A stretch of 64,000 bases of DNA, taken from assembly GCA_002269645.1 (NCBI GenBank), contig NIVC01000882.1:356653-420652 (forward strand). The letters are read 5' to 3'. This DNA is from Macrostomum lignano (taxonomy: Eukaryota). A program made the translations under genes and the position numbers. Below the pieces are notes generated by a model, which did not search any database, was not told the DNA's origin, and worked only from the letters and a program-made list of their open reading frames with translations. Below, one piece after another: positions 35,279 to 47,758 of this stretch. Each line of letters starts with the position of its first letter. The first letter of the stretch is position 1.

Positions 35279-36450
35279 CAATGTCTTTGCCAATCTTTAA
35301 CAGTGTCTATTGATGCTAAAATGTTTTAAACTTGACTCCAATAAAGCTTAAACTGCAATATATCTTGGAATGTCTTATTAAACGCACTTTTCGCATATAT
35401 TTAAGCCAGTTTAAATAGCAATTTTTTAGTTTATGTTCAGTCGCACACTATTACAAAACTGTTAACTCCGAATGAGAATTCATCTACATGTATGCTTAAC
35501 ATTCCGCTAACAATAAAGACGAACGCATAATTATGCAATCTTAGATTTATACATTTCATCATTGTCTTAATCTTGCATTTTTGAAGCTCTGTGGCCAGAA
35601 TGCTTACTTTGAAGTCTACTTGATTGTCTTTTCACCAGAGAGCAGCAGCCTCTTGCTGTCTTGCAGTTTGGAATTGCGAGCTGTCTGCTTGATTGGCTTT
35701 TATTGTCTATGGCCACGAGTTGTTGCAGTGGCTGGCAGTGACACCAATACCCTATAGACCATAGATCTTATATTTCCTAGATAGGTCACTTTGTATCGCG
35801 GCAATAGGGAAAGCGCGACCGCTGTTTTTCGTCAATTTTCGTACCTCGGACATGCCCAAAAATGAGTTAATTAAAAAGCTACTCAAGCAAACTAAGAATG
35901 ATGCATGCACAGCAGAGACTACTGACGAAATTGAGTTCAGTATAGTTGATGTTGAGTTCACATAAGTGGTTAATGAGTGGCCTATCTTGTGTAAAAACCG
36001 TATGATATTTGTCCTAGACTTATCCAATAAGTGTGCAATGTCCATTGTGTATGGTAGACATCTAGCTACGTAGACTGAAATGTCCTTTAAGAATGGTTAA
36101 AAATGTGTATGATTTTTAACTACTCGTCAAATTTCGCTTGCTGAAGCGACACTGCAATACAGACTTGATAGACAGCTATATTTGGGGTGTACGGTTGGTT
36201 CGTACTTTTGCTTGACCTCCCCACAATCACTGACTCATTGGTATACTTCTTATCGGGCTGTCGAAGCGTCCCTAAAATAAGCCACCGATGTTAAAATGAC
36301 GCACTAATAAAGCCTTAGTCACCTGCGTTGAGATAATTGCTATCTCCAAAAAAAGCTTATTCCATGAAGCACTACTGTACAGCATTATCAATATCTGGTT
36401 TCCAAGCAGCTAATAGCAAAGTGCAATTCTTCGTTGGCGAAACAGCCCGC

Positions 36451-36457
36451 TATAAAA
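36451..36457 (+). promoter_or_regulatory. Probable TATA box of monooxygenase copy 1
   Basis: TATAAAA 101 bp before the ATG; present at the same position in copy 2 (44577-44583), near the upstream limit of inter-copy similarity. Confidence 0.55.
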
Positions 36458-36551
36458 ATGGAGAAGGCCAGCAGAAAGTAGCTGCGATAAGAACAAACTT
36501 AACCCAAGCGAACAGAAAACAGAAATCAAAGTGTCTTTTGTACTTTGAAAA

Positions 36552-39500
36552 ATGAGACCGCTCACTTTGGCACTCGCCATCTTGCTGGTTGTTGTGGCGA
36601 CCAGTCGACTCGGAACCGCCTATCCCACCTATGCCAACAAAGTGCCCAACGGAAACGGCGTCCAGAGTCCGTGCAACGCCGACGAGCTGTGGCCGGGCGT
36701 CGGGCACCTCCATCAGGCCGGCGGGGGGCCGAGGAATCCGTTTGGACTCGACTTGAAGGCTGAGGGATTCGTGAGTTCAGTCCCTGAGTGATGGTGCCTT
36801 CAGTCCCTGAGTGAGGGTACCATCAGTTCCTGAGTGAGGGTGCCATCAGTTCCTGAGTGAGGGTACCATCAGTTCCTGAGTGAGGGTACCATCAGTTCCT
36901 GAGTGAGGGTTCCATCAGTTCCTGAGTGAGGGTATCATCAGTCCCTGATTGATGGTTGCTTTGAGTCCTGAGTGAAGGTGCTGTCAGTAACACTTTATCA
37001 CCTACAAACCGCCTTCTCGCAGAAGTGGACCCAGCAACTCTGCCGCAAAGACTCCGACGGTGACGGCCGGACCAACGGCGAGGAGCTCGGCGACCCCGAG
37101 TGCGTTTGGCAAGAAGGCGGCAAGCCGAGCCGCACTGACAACGTCACACATCCGGGAATCTGCGAGCCAGTCGGCTCAGAGAAGTGCGCCAAGCTCAACG
37201 GCGAGTTCAAGTGCCCGGAGCAGTTCAACTGCAGCGCCATCCACCAGCCTGGCGTTCGCCAGATGTCGCTGCGACTCAACCGCACTGAGGTGCCGCCGAA
37301 GGAGACCACGTACATGTGCCAGGCGTATGAGGTGAGCAATCGGACCAAGGAGCACATGATTGCCGCAGTTCCAGTCATTGACAACCCGGCTGTGCTGCAC
37401 CACATGATCATCTATGGCTGCACGCAGAAACCCAACGGTAAGTTTTGGTTTATCTTGCTTGAAGGCGAAACCATTTAGTAACATTGTGTTTTGATATGGA
37501 GATGTTTTAACGGTCTTTAGAGATAGTTAAAGGGACGCAGCTAAAGATTTTAGACATGCTGCAGATATTGACGAGATGAAGACGTAGTGGAGCTGAGATG
37601 TAGTGAAGCTGAGATGTAGTGAAGCTGATGGCAGGCTACTCGGTAGGTAATAGTCTCAGATTGTTGTCGTCTAAAGACAGGATGAGGCAATGGAAGTTCA
37701 CTGCTCAGGAGCTTACAGAACGGCTTGTCATGAGCTCTGCTATCAGTAGTAAGAATTACGTATTTTACTTAAAAAAACCAAAATTCGTTTTTAGTTGCTC
37801 TGGACTCGCCTTTCGAGTGCGGCATGAGCGCTGCCAACTGCTTCAACCTCATCGACCTGTGGGGCCTCGGCATGCGACCCGGGAACTGCTACAGGGACGA
37901 CGTTGGCGCGCCGTTCGGCCTGGAGGGCTACCAGTACGTCGTGCTGCAGCTGCACTGGAACAATCCAGCAGAAGTGACGAACTGGTTTGATGCGTCTGGC
38001 TTTGAGCTGTACTTCTCGCCCACGCTCAGGCCGTTCGACACCGGAGTGATGATGTACGGTCAGGCGAAGCTGGACTTGGCTCCACGACAAAAGGAGATTT
38101 ACCGCACAGCCACGAGTGACAGCCGCACCTCGAAGGAGCTGCTGCCTCAGGACGGCGGCTACAAGCTACTCTGGGGCACCCTGCACATGCACCTGTACGG
38201 AACCAGGGGTCAGGTCAGTACTGCGCTAGTTTCATACTACGGGTAAATGGAAGTCTCAAGGTTGCTCATGCCCATTAGGTCTCTAAGTGCGCGACCTCTA
38301 GAATTTTTTATCATTGATTTTGAAAGGACTAACGCACCATCCGCAGGTGTCACTCTGGCGCAATGGCCAGAAGGTCCGAGACCTCATTCCTATGCACAAC
38401 TTTGATTATGACACGCCGATTGTATTCGAGTACCAGCAGCCCATCGACTATCTTCCCGGAGACGAGATCCGCACAGACTGCTACTACAGCACCGCCAAGA
38501 CCAACCGCAGCGTCTACTGGGGCGAGTCGACCCAGGAGGAGATGTGCTACAGCTTCTTCCAGTACTTTCCGCACAACCGGACCAAGGCGCAGAGTTGGCC
38601 AAACGTTGACCTCTGCACCAGCTTTGGCAAAATCGACTACTGTGTTACGGGTCTTCAAAGTGTCAAGGGTGAGTGATGTCTTGGGTCATTTGGGTAAATT
38701 CCAATTATCATTTATGATGATTGTCTTTTATCTTGAAATGCAATCCAACTCAGTGGCAACTGAAGCGTACACTGTACCCTTGCCCCCACAGAGTACATCG
38801 TTGACGGCTGCGACGTGAAGACACTCCAGTCGGGCCAGCTGATTCAAAAGTACAAGAAGGACATCGACAGCGAGTGCCGTCACGCCTACCAGTACCGCTG
38901 CTCCGACCAGTGCCTGGCCTGGTACCGATCGGTCAAGGCCAGCGAGCCCTGCTTCAACGGCGACCCGATCGACTACATTCTGCTGTACACTCGGTACAGC
39001 AGCTATGAGGATGCCAAAGCGCTGGCTGGCTACCTCGATCTGTGCGCTGAGAGGGACCAGCGGGACAAGCTCCAGGTTTGACACCTCCACCGAACACTTC
39101 GTTTAACATTACTCAACTAAATGAACGAACTTTCTGCCTACAACACTAAGTTCAAAGTTCCAACATTAAAAATTGAGAATCAAAATTAAGATTAGATTAA
39201 GGTTAGTATAAAATTAAAGTCGGTTTTCAGGTAAAATTAAAATTTGACTAAATAACCAAGAGGTGTTACTAGAGGCAAGTAATATATAGACAAAAGTGTC
39301 GTGAGTGCACCCTCTCAAGCACGGCGAACGCGACCTGCAAATACTAACCCCAATACTCGATACGATTCAGTTTAATCCATTTCGTTTGTCCATTCTTTTG
39401 TTGAATCCGCCACTCCCAATGTTATTTTTTAAAAAATCCCAGCAATCCCTACATTGCTTTTCTTCCAGGAGGCCAAAGCGGAGATTGACGAGCTGAACAA

Positions 39501-39678
39501 GCGATCGACTCCCGCACCTGAGGTTCACAACAGTCTGCTGAGCCACGACATCCGCCTCCTGATTGTGTCGGCCTCTTACCTGGCTGGGCTGCTGTTGGCT
39601 GCCCTGCTGGTGCTGGTCATTTTCAGGATGAAGAGGAGCTCCGTGGCCAGCATTGAGTCAAAGGGCATCCACATGTAG
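36552..39678 (+). CDS. Temptin-domain copper type II ascorbate-dependent monooxygenase (DBH/MOXD1-like), copy 1, 622 aa; exons 36552-36770, 37023-37437, 37795-38213, 38347-38668, 38792-39075, 39469-39678
   Basis: Signal peptide; temptin motifs PNG..PC, GVGH, NPFGLD and DSDGDGRTNGEELGDPEC; CuH ligands HH and QLHW; CuM ligands HMH and EEMC; C-terminal TM helix; phases consistent. Confidence 0.9.
36777..36965. repeat. 23-bp VNTR, about 8 units, in monooxygenase copy 1 intron 1
   Basis: Unit CAGTTCCTGAGTGAGGGTACCAT. Confidence 0.93.
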
Positions 39679-40638
39679 AAAGTGCAAAGCATGACTGACT
39701 GCTTATTTATGACTCAAGAACTGCTACTGCAAGTACCGATTCAAATTCAAGTTGTTTCCTTGATTTTCGACATCAATTTTTACGAATTCTGTTTTAGTTT
39801 TTAAAAATGTGCAAGTCATATTTTCATCAATTTAATAGTTATTCACGTCAGATCCGATTCGAGTAAGTTGACGACACTGAGGAATTGTACTGCAGTGACA
39901 CAGTAAATCAAAGAAGTACACCAGTTCTGATCCAGTAATCATTTTTTTCTGTTGTAACAGGAAATAGAAGACAACTTCTCGTTTGCTTTGCATTATGAAA
40001 GCATTCGATGACAGTTTTTATAGTACCTTTGCATCGATTTCAATGATAACGCATCAGCCGCTTTGATTGAAAATAAATATTAATTGATAAGTTTGATTAG
40101 CACGCATGTCTGTCTTTCGTGAACTAATGTTCTCATTCATTGCGAGTTTTCTACAGCTGGCTGCAAGTGCCCCTCATCGGTACCTTGGAAAGAACTCAAA
40201 ATCCGCTGGCTTGAAAAACTGACTGAAAATATCAATAAAGGTGCTGATTTTCTTTATAGTCAAAAGTGACCGAGCACCAACAGTAGGGGTCTGTTCCAAT
40301 CTGCTAGACCAGACCTCGGATAGATGGAGTTCAAGTTGGAGGCGCAGCCGCTTATTGTCTTCTGCAGGTTCGCTTCAACAATTGTACAAACGGACAATGG
40401 CTTTAAAATCTATTGAGAGTTGACGCAATTTTATCGATTTTAGCTTCCATGTTTCGGTGGACGTTCGTGCAGAAAACTCTACCAGTTGGCAATGAAATCA
40501 TCAAACACAGTCATCAAGTATTGTTTGAAGCAAACACTATTGAATTTAATCGCACTCCGAAATCAATGCGTACTGCCTGTTTAACACGCATCCAGCTTCT
40601 GTTTACATATGCATAGATGCGTTGGCTCTGTTTTACAT

Positions 40639-41199
40639 GGCCACCGGACATTTCCCCTCCGGCGTTTCCCCTCCGGCGATTCCCCTCCGGACATTTCCCC
40701 TCCGGACATTTCCCATCCAGCTATAACGAAATAACAGAGCTTTAGAACATGCCAAAAAGAAGTTTTGCACGCATGTAAGTCACATCCATGTAGTTATGCT
40801 GTTAGATCGCTTTTATTTAAAAAATTATGTAAGTAAAAAAGTGAGAGTAGATTGTTTTATTATGTTTTATTATAGGTTTTATTATAATAAAATTATAATA
40901 TAATATATTTTTATTATCTTTATTATTAATATATAATTTTTTATATATTATTATTATTATATTATTATATTATTTTGTATATTATTATTTTTATACTATA
41001 ATATTATAATATTACTATATTATTACATGTATATATACACTTATATACATTTATATATATACATGCAACTTATGTTCTCTTTGGACATGTCCGAAGGCAC
41101 TGTTATTTCGTTATAGATGAAGGGGAAATTTCCGGAGGGGAAATGTCCGGAGGGGAAATGTCCGGAGGGGAAACGCCGGAGGGGAAATGTTCGTCAGCG
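40639..41199. mobile_element. Non-autonomous Mutator-like MITE, 561 bp
   Basis: Exact 9-bp TSD GTTTTACAT (40630-40638 and 41200-41208); about 120-bp imperfect TIRs built from 15-bp GGACATTTCCCCTCC repeats; very AT-rich core. Confidence 0.8.
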
Positions 41200-41627
41200 G
41201 TTTTACATATAGAAAGAGTGCTCGCAAGCTCAGCTCAGATAATTGGGTTAAGCAGGCTGAAAGTTGTGTTATAGTTCTAAGCGTAAGGCTACCATGACGT
41301 CAACTGATATACAAGCGTTGTATACACAATGAATGAATACAACGTATTGTATACTAATTAATTGTATATATTGTAACTATACTTATACCCAGACGCAGTA
41401 AAGAAATATTTTGGCCATTGTTTAGCAAGTTGACGATCATTATTCACATTTTTAATGCAGAACAATCCATTACTACGAAAATACATTGTCTTTTGACAAG
41501 GATTTGAAATAACGTAGCTATGTTTTAACAGATAAACCGGTGAAAAAATTGACAGTAGAGGCTTCCTTGAAATATTAAGTATATAATCTCTGCGCCGAGG
41601 CCTGAGAAACGAGTTTGAAGTCGTTCT

Positions 41628-43198
41628 GGCCATAGACAAATAAATAAACGGGAGAGATAGTATTTTCCCACAACTTTCTCGGTCTTGTGGAAAAAAAAGA
41701 ACTATAGCTCAACAATCTATGGTTCTGATCGAAACGGAACAGTCCCGAGTTTGATGCGATAGCGATAGTTTGATGCTGTGTAAGCAATTTAATTACAATT
41801 ACGATTACAATTAATTGGCGACGATATAGCGACAGATAGACCAATCAGAGTCTGCGTAAGACTACAGCTACGCTGCTCGACGAGGCTGGGCTTCAACGGC
41901 CCGACATTTGCCGCGTCACAGGCCATTCGAGCTCTGCTCTTGAGCGCTATGTTGGAGTGTCAGTGAAGAAGCAAATGAGCTGCAGTGCTCTGATCAGCCG
42001 CTCTGCTGAGGTGCTGCAGATGCTTCGACCTCAAGGACTCCGACGGTTGCCACTGCTCGTGATGCTGGAGGCGCTCCGACAACTGGGTCTACGACGGTTT
42101 CTACTGCTCCTGCGAAGAAAATGCGAATCGAAGTTTCTGGAAATGATAACACCGTCGTGATCACTATGGAGTGAGAAAGACAATAAGTGCTTTACTGTCA
42201 TTGACTATCAGTCTATTAGCGTTAGTGTCAACCATAGTTGCTTTTTGTGGCCCTTTTGTTGTCGTTGTCAGTTCCAAATAAATCGTTTCTTCTTCCGGGA
42301 CAAATAAATATTTCTTCGTCCCGGACAAATAAATGCTTCAACACTAGACCATACACTTATTTGACCGGGACAAGTGGGGGATAAAAACTTGTCGCGACTT
42401 TCCTATTCATTTCTTAGTTCACCTTCACTTGTCTCTGTTTACTCTGTTTACTCTGTTTTCTCTCTCTCTGTCTAGCTCAATCTTGTTATTCTTATCTCTC
42501 TTTCCCTTGCTGCCTTCTGATTGGCTCTCATTCTCACCTCTCTCTTTAGTCGCGCACTCCACCCCTCTCTTTATTATCTTCAATTTAAACCCCCTGCAAT
42601 TTAATGTCATATAAATACACTTGGTTTGGGCCCTGCGCCCACTTACTGCTCCTTCTCTCTCAGTATCAATTTAACTCCAATTAAATAGTCTTTAGTTTAG
42701 TTTTTAGTCTTTTCTCGACAATACTTATTAATTGATATCAAACAAATGCAATTTTGAAAACGCCAAATTGCATGAAAAAAAGATAAATTAGGCTTCACTT
42801 TTGCAACATACTTCATCAGTTCGTAGCCGATTATTCATCTGTTCAACCGTTGATTTCAGAAGTGACTGTAGCTCGGCGCTATCCATTGTCGAGATCGACT
42901 GCTCATTGAAACCATCCACTTCCGGCAGGTCCGGCAGTTCTTCAGTTCCATGGTCGTTCTCAATCCAATCAATGAAATCCCGCAAGGCCTGGTCATCATG
43001 ATGGTCCGTTGAACTAAGCTCAAACAGCAGTTGCAACTCGTTCATCGACTCCGTTTAGTATAGCCAGTCCACGGGAAAGATGTTTCCAATTAATAAGCGC
43101 AGCCATAGTTGCTTTGTAGAGAGAGAGTTTTAATTTTTGAGAATCGCATAACTGCATAATCAAAGACAGACTTTGAGGAAATTGTTTTGTCTATGGCC
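41628..43198. mobile_element. Candidate internally deleted Crypton-like element
   Basis: Inverted 13-mers GGCCATAGACAAA (41628-41640 and 43186-43198) enclose a tyrosine-recombinase remnant (+) and a convergent acidic ORF fragment (-); no TSD found. Confidence 0.45.
41840..42174 (+). pseudogene. C-terminal fragment of a Crypton/DUF3504-type tyrosine recombinase (not in the ORF track as such)
   Basis: Reads TNQSLRKTTATLLDEAGLQRPDICRVTGHSSSALERY (HxxR-like box, TGH, Tyr at 41948); after a frameshift an S/T-rich tail ends KKMRIEVSGNDNTVVITME*. Confidence 0.75.
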
Positions 43199-44677
43199 CA
43201 CTTAAGTATATGGTAGACCTCATATAGCTCTCGTGTGTTTCGTCTATGGTAAACTAAATCGCAAAACAGCCAATAGCACCGGAGCCAGAAAGTGTTGAAT
43301 AATGACAGCGACAAAAGTGATAAATAATGACATGGCGTTGGGTAAAATTATAAATACAATGCACTATACAATTATAAATACAATGCAATGGTTCATTATT
43401 CAACAAAGTTACATACTATACAATCTACCATTATTAATTGTATACAACGGTAGCTTCTAGTGGTCCTTGCTTGGTCATGGAGGAGCAAGATCAGCCCAGA
43501 ATCGTGGACCATATGATAAGGCTGTCGAACGAACGCTTGTGATCGAAGCGGAGTTTTGACCATGGTAAAGTACTCTTTTTGTCTTTTTATAGTTGAGCAG
43601 ATTGCATTTTTGACGTCACCTTGTGTTGGTTCAGTGAAATTTTCTCAAATAAATTTCTAGCATTACATAGCTGACACCCAATCATTGATGCTTGATGCTT
43701 GATGGACCAAATTAAATGCCGCTGGGCCAGCCTTGCTACCATAAACAAAAGCTCCATAACTTTGGCAAACGTATCATATTTGGCAAACAGTTCTCTAGTT
43801 GTGGGACGACGAAGTATGAGTATCAATGATATTATACCATCGACATTTTAGTCTAAACTAAACTTTCATAGCAAGGGCGGGCGTGTGGGGGCTATGGGGT
43901 GTTGGAGCGATGGCTGCACTTACTGCCATAAACGATTTTTTAGAATTGTAAAAGTGCTTTGTCATCCAGAGAACCGTTCTAGCTTCTTAAATGGAATCTG
44001 CTAGAAAGAGGCTTTATACTGATGACCAGACATTTGAATATTACAACAAAGTGTTATTAATAAAAGCAGAGACCATGATTAACCACAGCAGCATTCTCGA
44101 AGAAGACATTGCCGGAAAAAATTCTATTTTCTAAACGATTTAGCTTTATTTGCCAAAAACTACAAGGCTTTTAAGATATTAAAAAATAAGGGATACTTAC
44201 CTCCACTGCTGGGTCGGCAAATTTCGATGCTGTAATCTTGAAGTCTCGATCCTACTCTTGTGCATTGTGTCTCGTAAGCTTTGCTTACTCATGCTTACTC
44301 ATTTGCTTAAACTTCTGCAGCTATAATAGATTTGTGATTAATAGCGCATTAATTCACAATCAAAACTATAGAAGTAACTTAGCAAAGCGACGCTATTTAG
44401 CATTACTTTCTTCCCCAGGAATCATTTCACTGACTCATCGTTGTGCAAGCGCCGAATGCTACTCACTGGCCTCAGGTTGCTCAAAAAGTCCTTTAACTTA
44501 GTCATAAATAAACAACGATATGAAGCCATTAGTCACTGCGAAATGAAAAGTGCAGTAGGCAGGCAAAACAGCCCGTTATAAAAGTGGAGAAGGCCAGCAG
44601 AAAGTAGCCGCGATAAGAACAAACTTAACCCAAGCGAACAGAAAACTGAAATCAAAGTGTCTTCTGTACTTTGAAAA

Positions 44678-47600
44678 ATGCGACCGCTCACTCTGGCACT
44701 CGCCATCTTGCTGGTTGTTGTGGCGACCAGTCGACTCGGAACCGCCTATCCCACCTATACCAACAAAGTGCCCAACGGAAACGGCGTCCAGAGTCCGTGC
44801 AACGCCGACGAGCTGTGGCCGGGCGTCGGGCACCTCCATCAGGCCGGCGGGGGGCCGAGGAATCCGTTTGGACTTGACTTGAAGGCTGAGGGATTCGTGA
44901 GTTCAGTCCCTGAGTGATGGTGCCTTCAGTCCCTGAGTGAGGGTACCATCAGTTCCTGAGTGAGGGTACCATCAGTTCCTGAGTGAGGGTACCATCAGTT
45001 CCTGAGTGAGGGTACCATCAGTTCCTGAGTGAGGGTACCATCAGTTCCTGAGTGAGGGTTCCATCAGTTCCTGAGTGAGGGTACCATCAGTTCCTGAGTG
45101 ACGGTACCATCAGTTCCTGAGTGAGGGTTCCATCAGTTCCTGAGTGAGGGTATCATCAGTCCCTGATTGATGGTTGCTATGAGTCCTGAGTGAAGGTGCT
45201 GTCAGTAACACTTTATCACCTACAAACCGCCTTCTCGCAGAAGTGGACCCAGCAACTCTGCCGCAAAGACTCCGACGGTGACGGCCGGACCAATGGCGAG
45301 GAGCTCGGCGACCCCGAGTGCGTTTGGCAAGAAGGCGGCAAGCCGAGCCGCACTGACAACGTCACACATCCGGGAATCTGCGAGCCAGTCGGATCAGAGA
45401 AGTGCGCCAAGCTCAACGGCGAGTTCAAGTGCCCGGAGCAGTTCAACTGCAGCGCCATCCACCAGTCCGGCGTTCGCCAGATGTCGCTGCGACTCAACCG
45501 CACTGCGGTGCCGCCGAAGGAGACAACGTACATGTGCCAGGCGTATGAGGTGAGCAATCGGACCAAGGAGCACATGATTGCCGCAGTTCCAGTCATTGAC
45601 AACCCCGCTGTGCTGCATCATTTGGCCATTTTCGGTTGCAAAGAAAAGCCTAACGGTGAGTTTTCACTGCTTTTAATTCATCAGTCTCGACGCCGTTGGA
45701 AGTTAGCAAAGCTATTGCTTAACTCTCGTGTTCCATATCAGTGCCTTTGGAAACGCCCTTCGAGTGTGGCATGAGCGCTGCCAACTGCTTCAGTCTGATC
45801 GACCTGTGGAGCCTCGGCATGCCCGGGAACTGCTACAGGGATGACGTTGGCGCGCCGTTCGGCCTGGAGGGCTATCAGTATGCTGTTGTGCAGCTGCATT
45901 GGAACAATCCAGCAGAAGTGACGAACTGGTTCGATGCGTCTGGCTTTGAGCTGTACTTCTCGCCCACGCCCAGGCAGTACGACACCGGAGTAATGATGTA
46001 CGGTCAGGCGAAGCTGGACTTGGCTCCACGACAAAAGGAGATTTACCGCACAGCCACCAGTGACAGCCGCACCTCGAAGGAGCTGCTGCCTCAGGACGGC
46101 GGCTACAAGCTGCTCTGGGGCATCATGCACATGCACCTGTACGGAACTAGAGGTCAGGTGAGCGCTTCAGTTTGCTTTTTAGCTCGCAAAGAGTACCACC
46201 GTTCAGCTCTAAACTGTGCTATCTTGAACTTAGTTTAATCTTAGTACACTAGGCCACTTGCCAACAATAGTAACCCATTTTTGCAACAGGTGTCACTCTG
46301 GCGCAACGGTCAGAAGGTCCGAGACCTCATTCCCATGCATAACTACGACTACAATACTCCGATTGTATTCGAGTACCAGCAGCCCATCGACTATCTTCCC
46401 GGAGACGAGATCCGCACAGACTGCTACTACAGCACCGCCAAGACCAACCGCAGCGTCTACTGGGGCGAGTCGACCCAGGAGGAGATGTGCTACAGCTTCT
46501 TCCAGTACTTTCCGCACAACCTAACGAAATCTCACAGTTGGCCAAATATTGACGCCTGTTCAAGCTTCGGCAAGGTCGACTACTGCGTTATGGGTCTCAA
46601 AAGTGTGGAAAGTGAGTTCTTCTATCCTATTCAGTATTCAATTTGGATGCAGTACAATTTAATAGGTTTTTGTTTTAACCTTTTTAATGAACGGTTTCTA
46701 TATTGGCTATCAGTTACACAGCCACAGAGAGACAGAGTTTTGAATCCAGTCTTCGGTCAATCGGTTTCTATTGCCCGGAAAAATTCACCCAGGCTTTCCC
46801 TATACAGTGATATGTGCCATAGTCTTTTTTTCCATGTATAAAACTAAAATAGATTCTGTTACTAAGGTGCTAAGCTTGTTCTCCAGGTGACCAAAGCAAT
46901 CTGATTCGCACCTTTCGCATCGATTCCCAATTTTGAATTCATGCAGCAAGACTTTCCATTCGACTGCAAGTTGGAAGTTTGTGACGTCGCATCTCATCAG
47001 TTAAGTAAATATAAAATGAGCGCCGAGGCTGCTGGAGATGTGATTTTCTAGGATTTTTCACGTCAACTTGGAATGTTTGCAGCTGATGAAACTGTAGAAA
47101 TCTATGATATATTGCCAAATTTAGTTTTAAAAACATTCTCCTTGCCCCCACAGAGTACATCGTTGACGGCTGCGACGTGAAGACACTCCAGTCCGGCCAG
47201 CTGATTCAAAAGTACAAGAAGGGCGTCGACAGCGAGTGCCGTCACGCCTACCAGTACCGCTGCTCCGACCAGTGCCTGGCCTGGTACCGATCGGTCAAGG
47301 CCAGCGAGCCCTGCTTCAACGGCGACCCGATTGACTACATTCTGCTGTACACTCGGTACAGCAGCAATGGGGATACCAGAGCGCTGGCTGGCTACCTCGA
47401 TCTGTGCGCTGAGAGGGACCAGCGGGACAAGCTGCAGGTAGGGACGAGCTGATTATCACACAAATGTAACAATTACTCAACACAAATGCAAAGCCAAATT
47501 AAAATCCTCGATAAACCTCAGTAAGTCCCTACATTTCTTTTCTTCCAGGAGGCCAAAGCGGAGATTGACGAGCTGAACAAGCGATCGACTCCCGCACCTG

Positions 47601-47758
47601 AGGTTCACAACAGTCTGCTGAGCCACGACATCCGCCTCCTGATTGTGTCGGCCTCTTACCTGGCTGGGCTGCTGTTGGCTGCCCTGCTGGTGCTGGTCAT
47701 TTTCAGGATGAAGAGGAGCTCCGTGGCCAGCATTGAGTCAAAGGGCATCCACATGTAG
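44678..47758 (+). CDS. Temptin-domain copper monooxygenase, copy 2, 621 aa; exons 44678-44896, 45241-45655, 45742-46157, 46290-46611, 47154-47437, 47549-47758
   Basis: Same exon structure and copper ligands as copy 1; 3-bp in-frame deletion in exon 3 (GMPG versus GMRPG). Confidence 0.9.
44903..45185. repeat. 23-bp VNTR, about 12 units, in monooxygenase copy 2 intron 1
   Basis: Same unit as copy 1; the intron is 92 bp (4 x 23) longer. Confidence 0.93.

Noticed and set aside
44570-44595. Resemblance to a twister ribozyme 3' segment (AAAAGTGGAG)
   Set aside because: No upstream twister elements; better explained as the TATA region shared with copy 1
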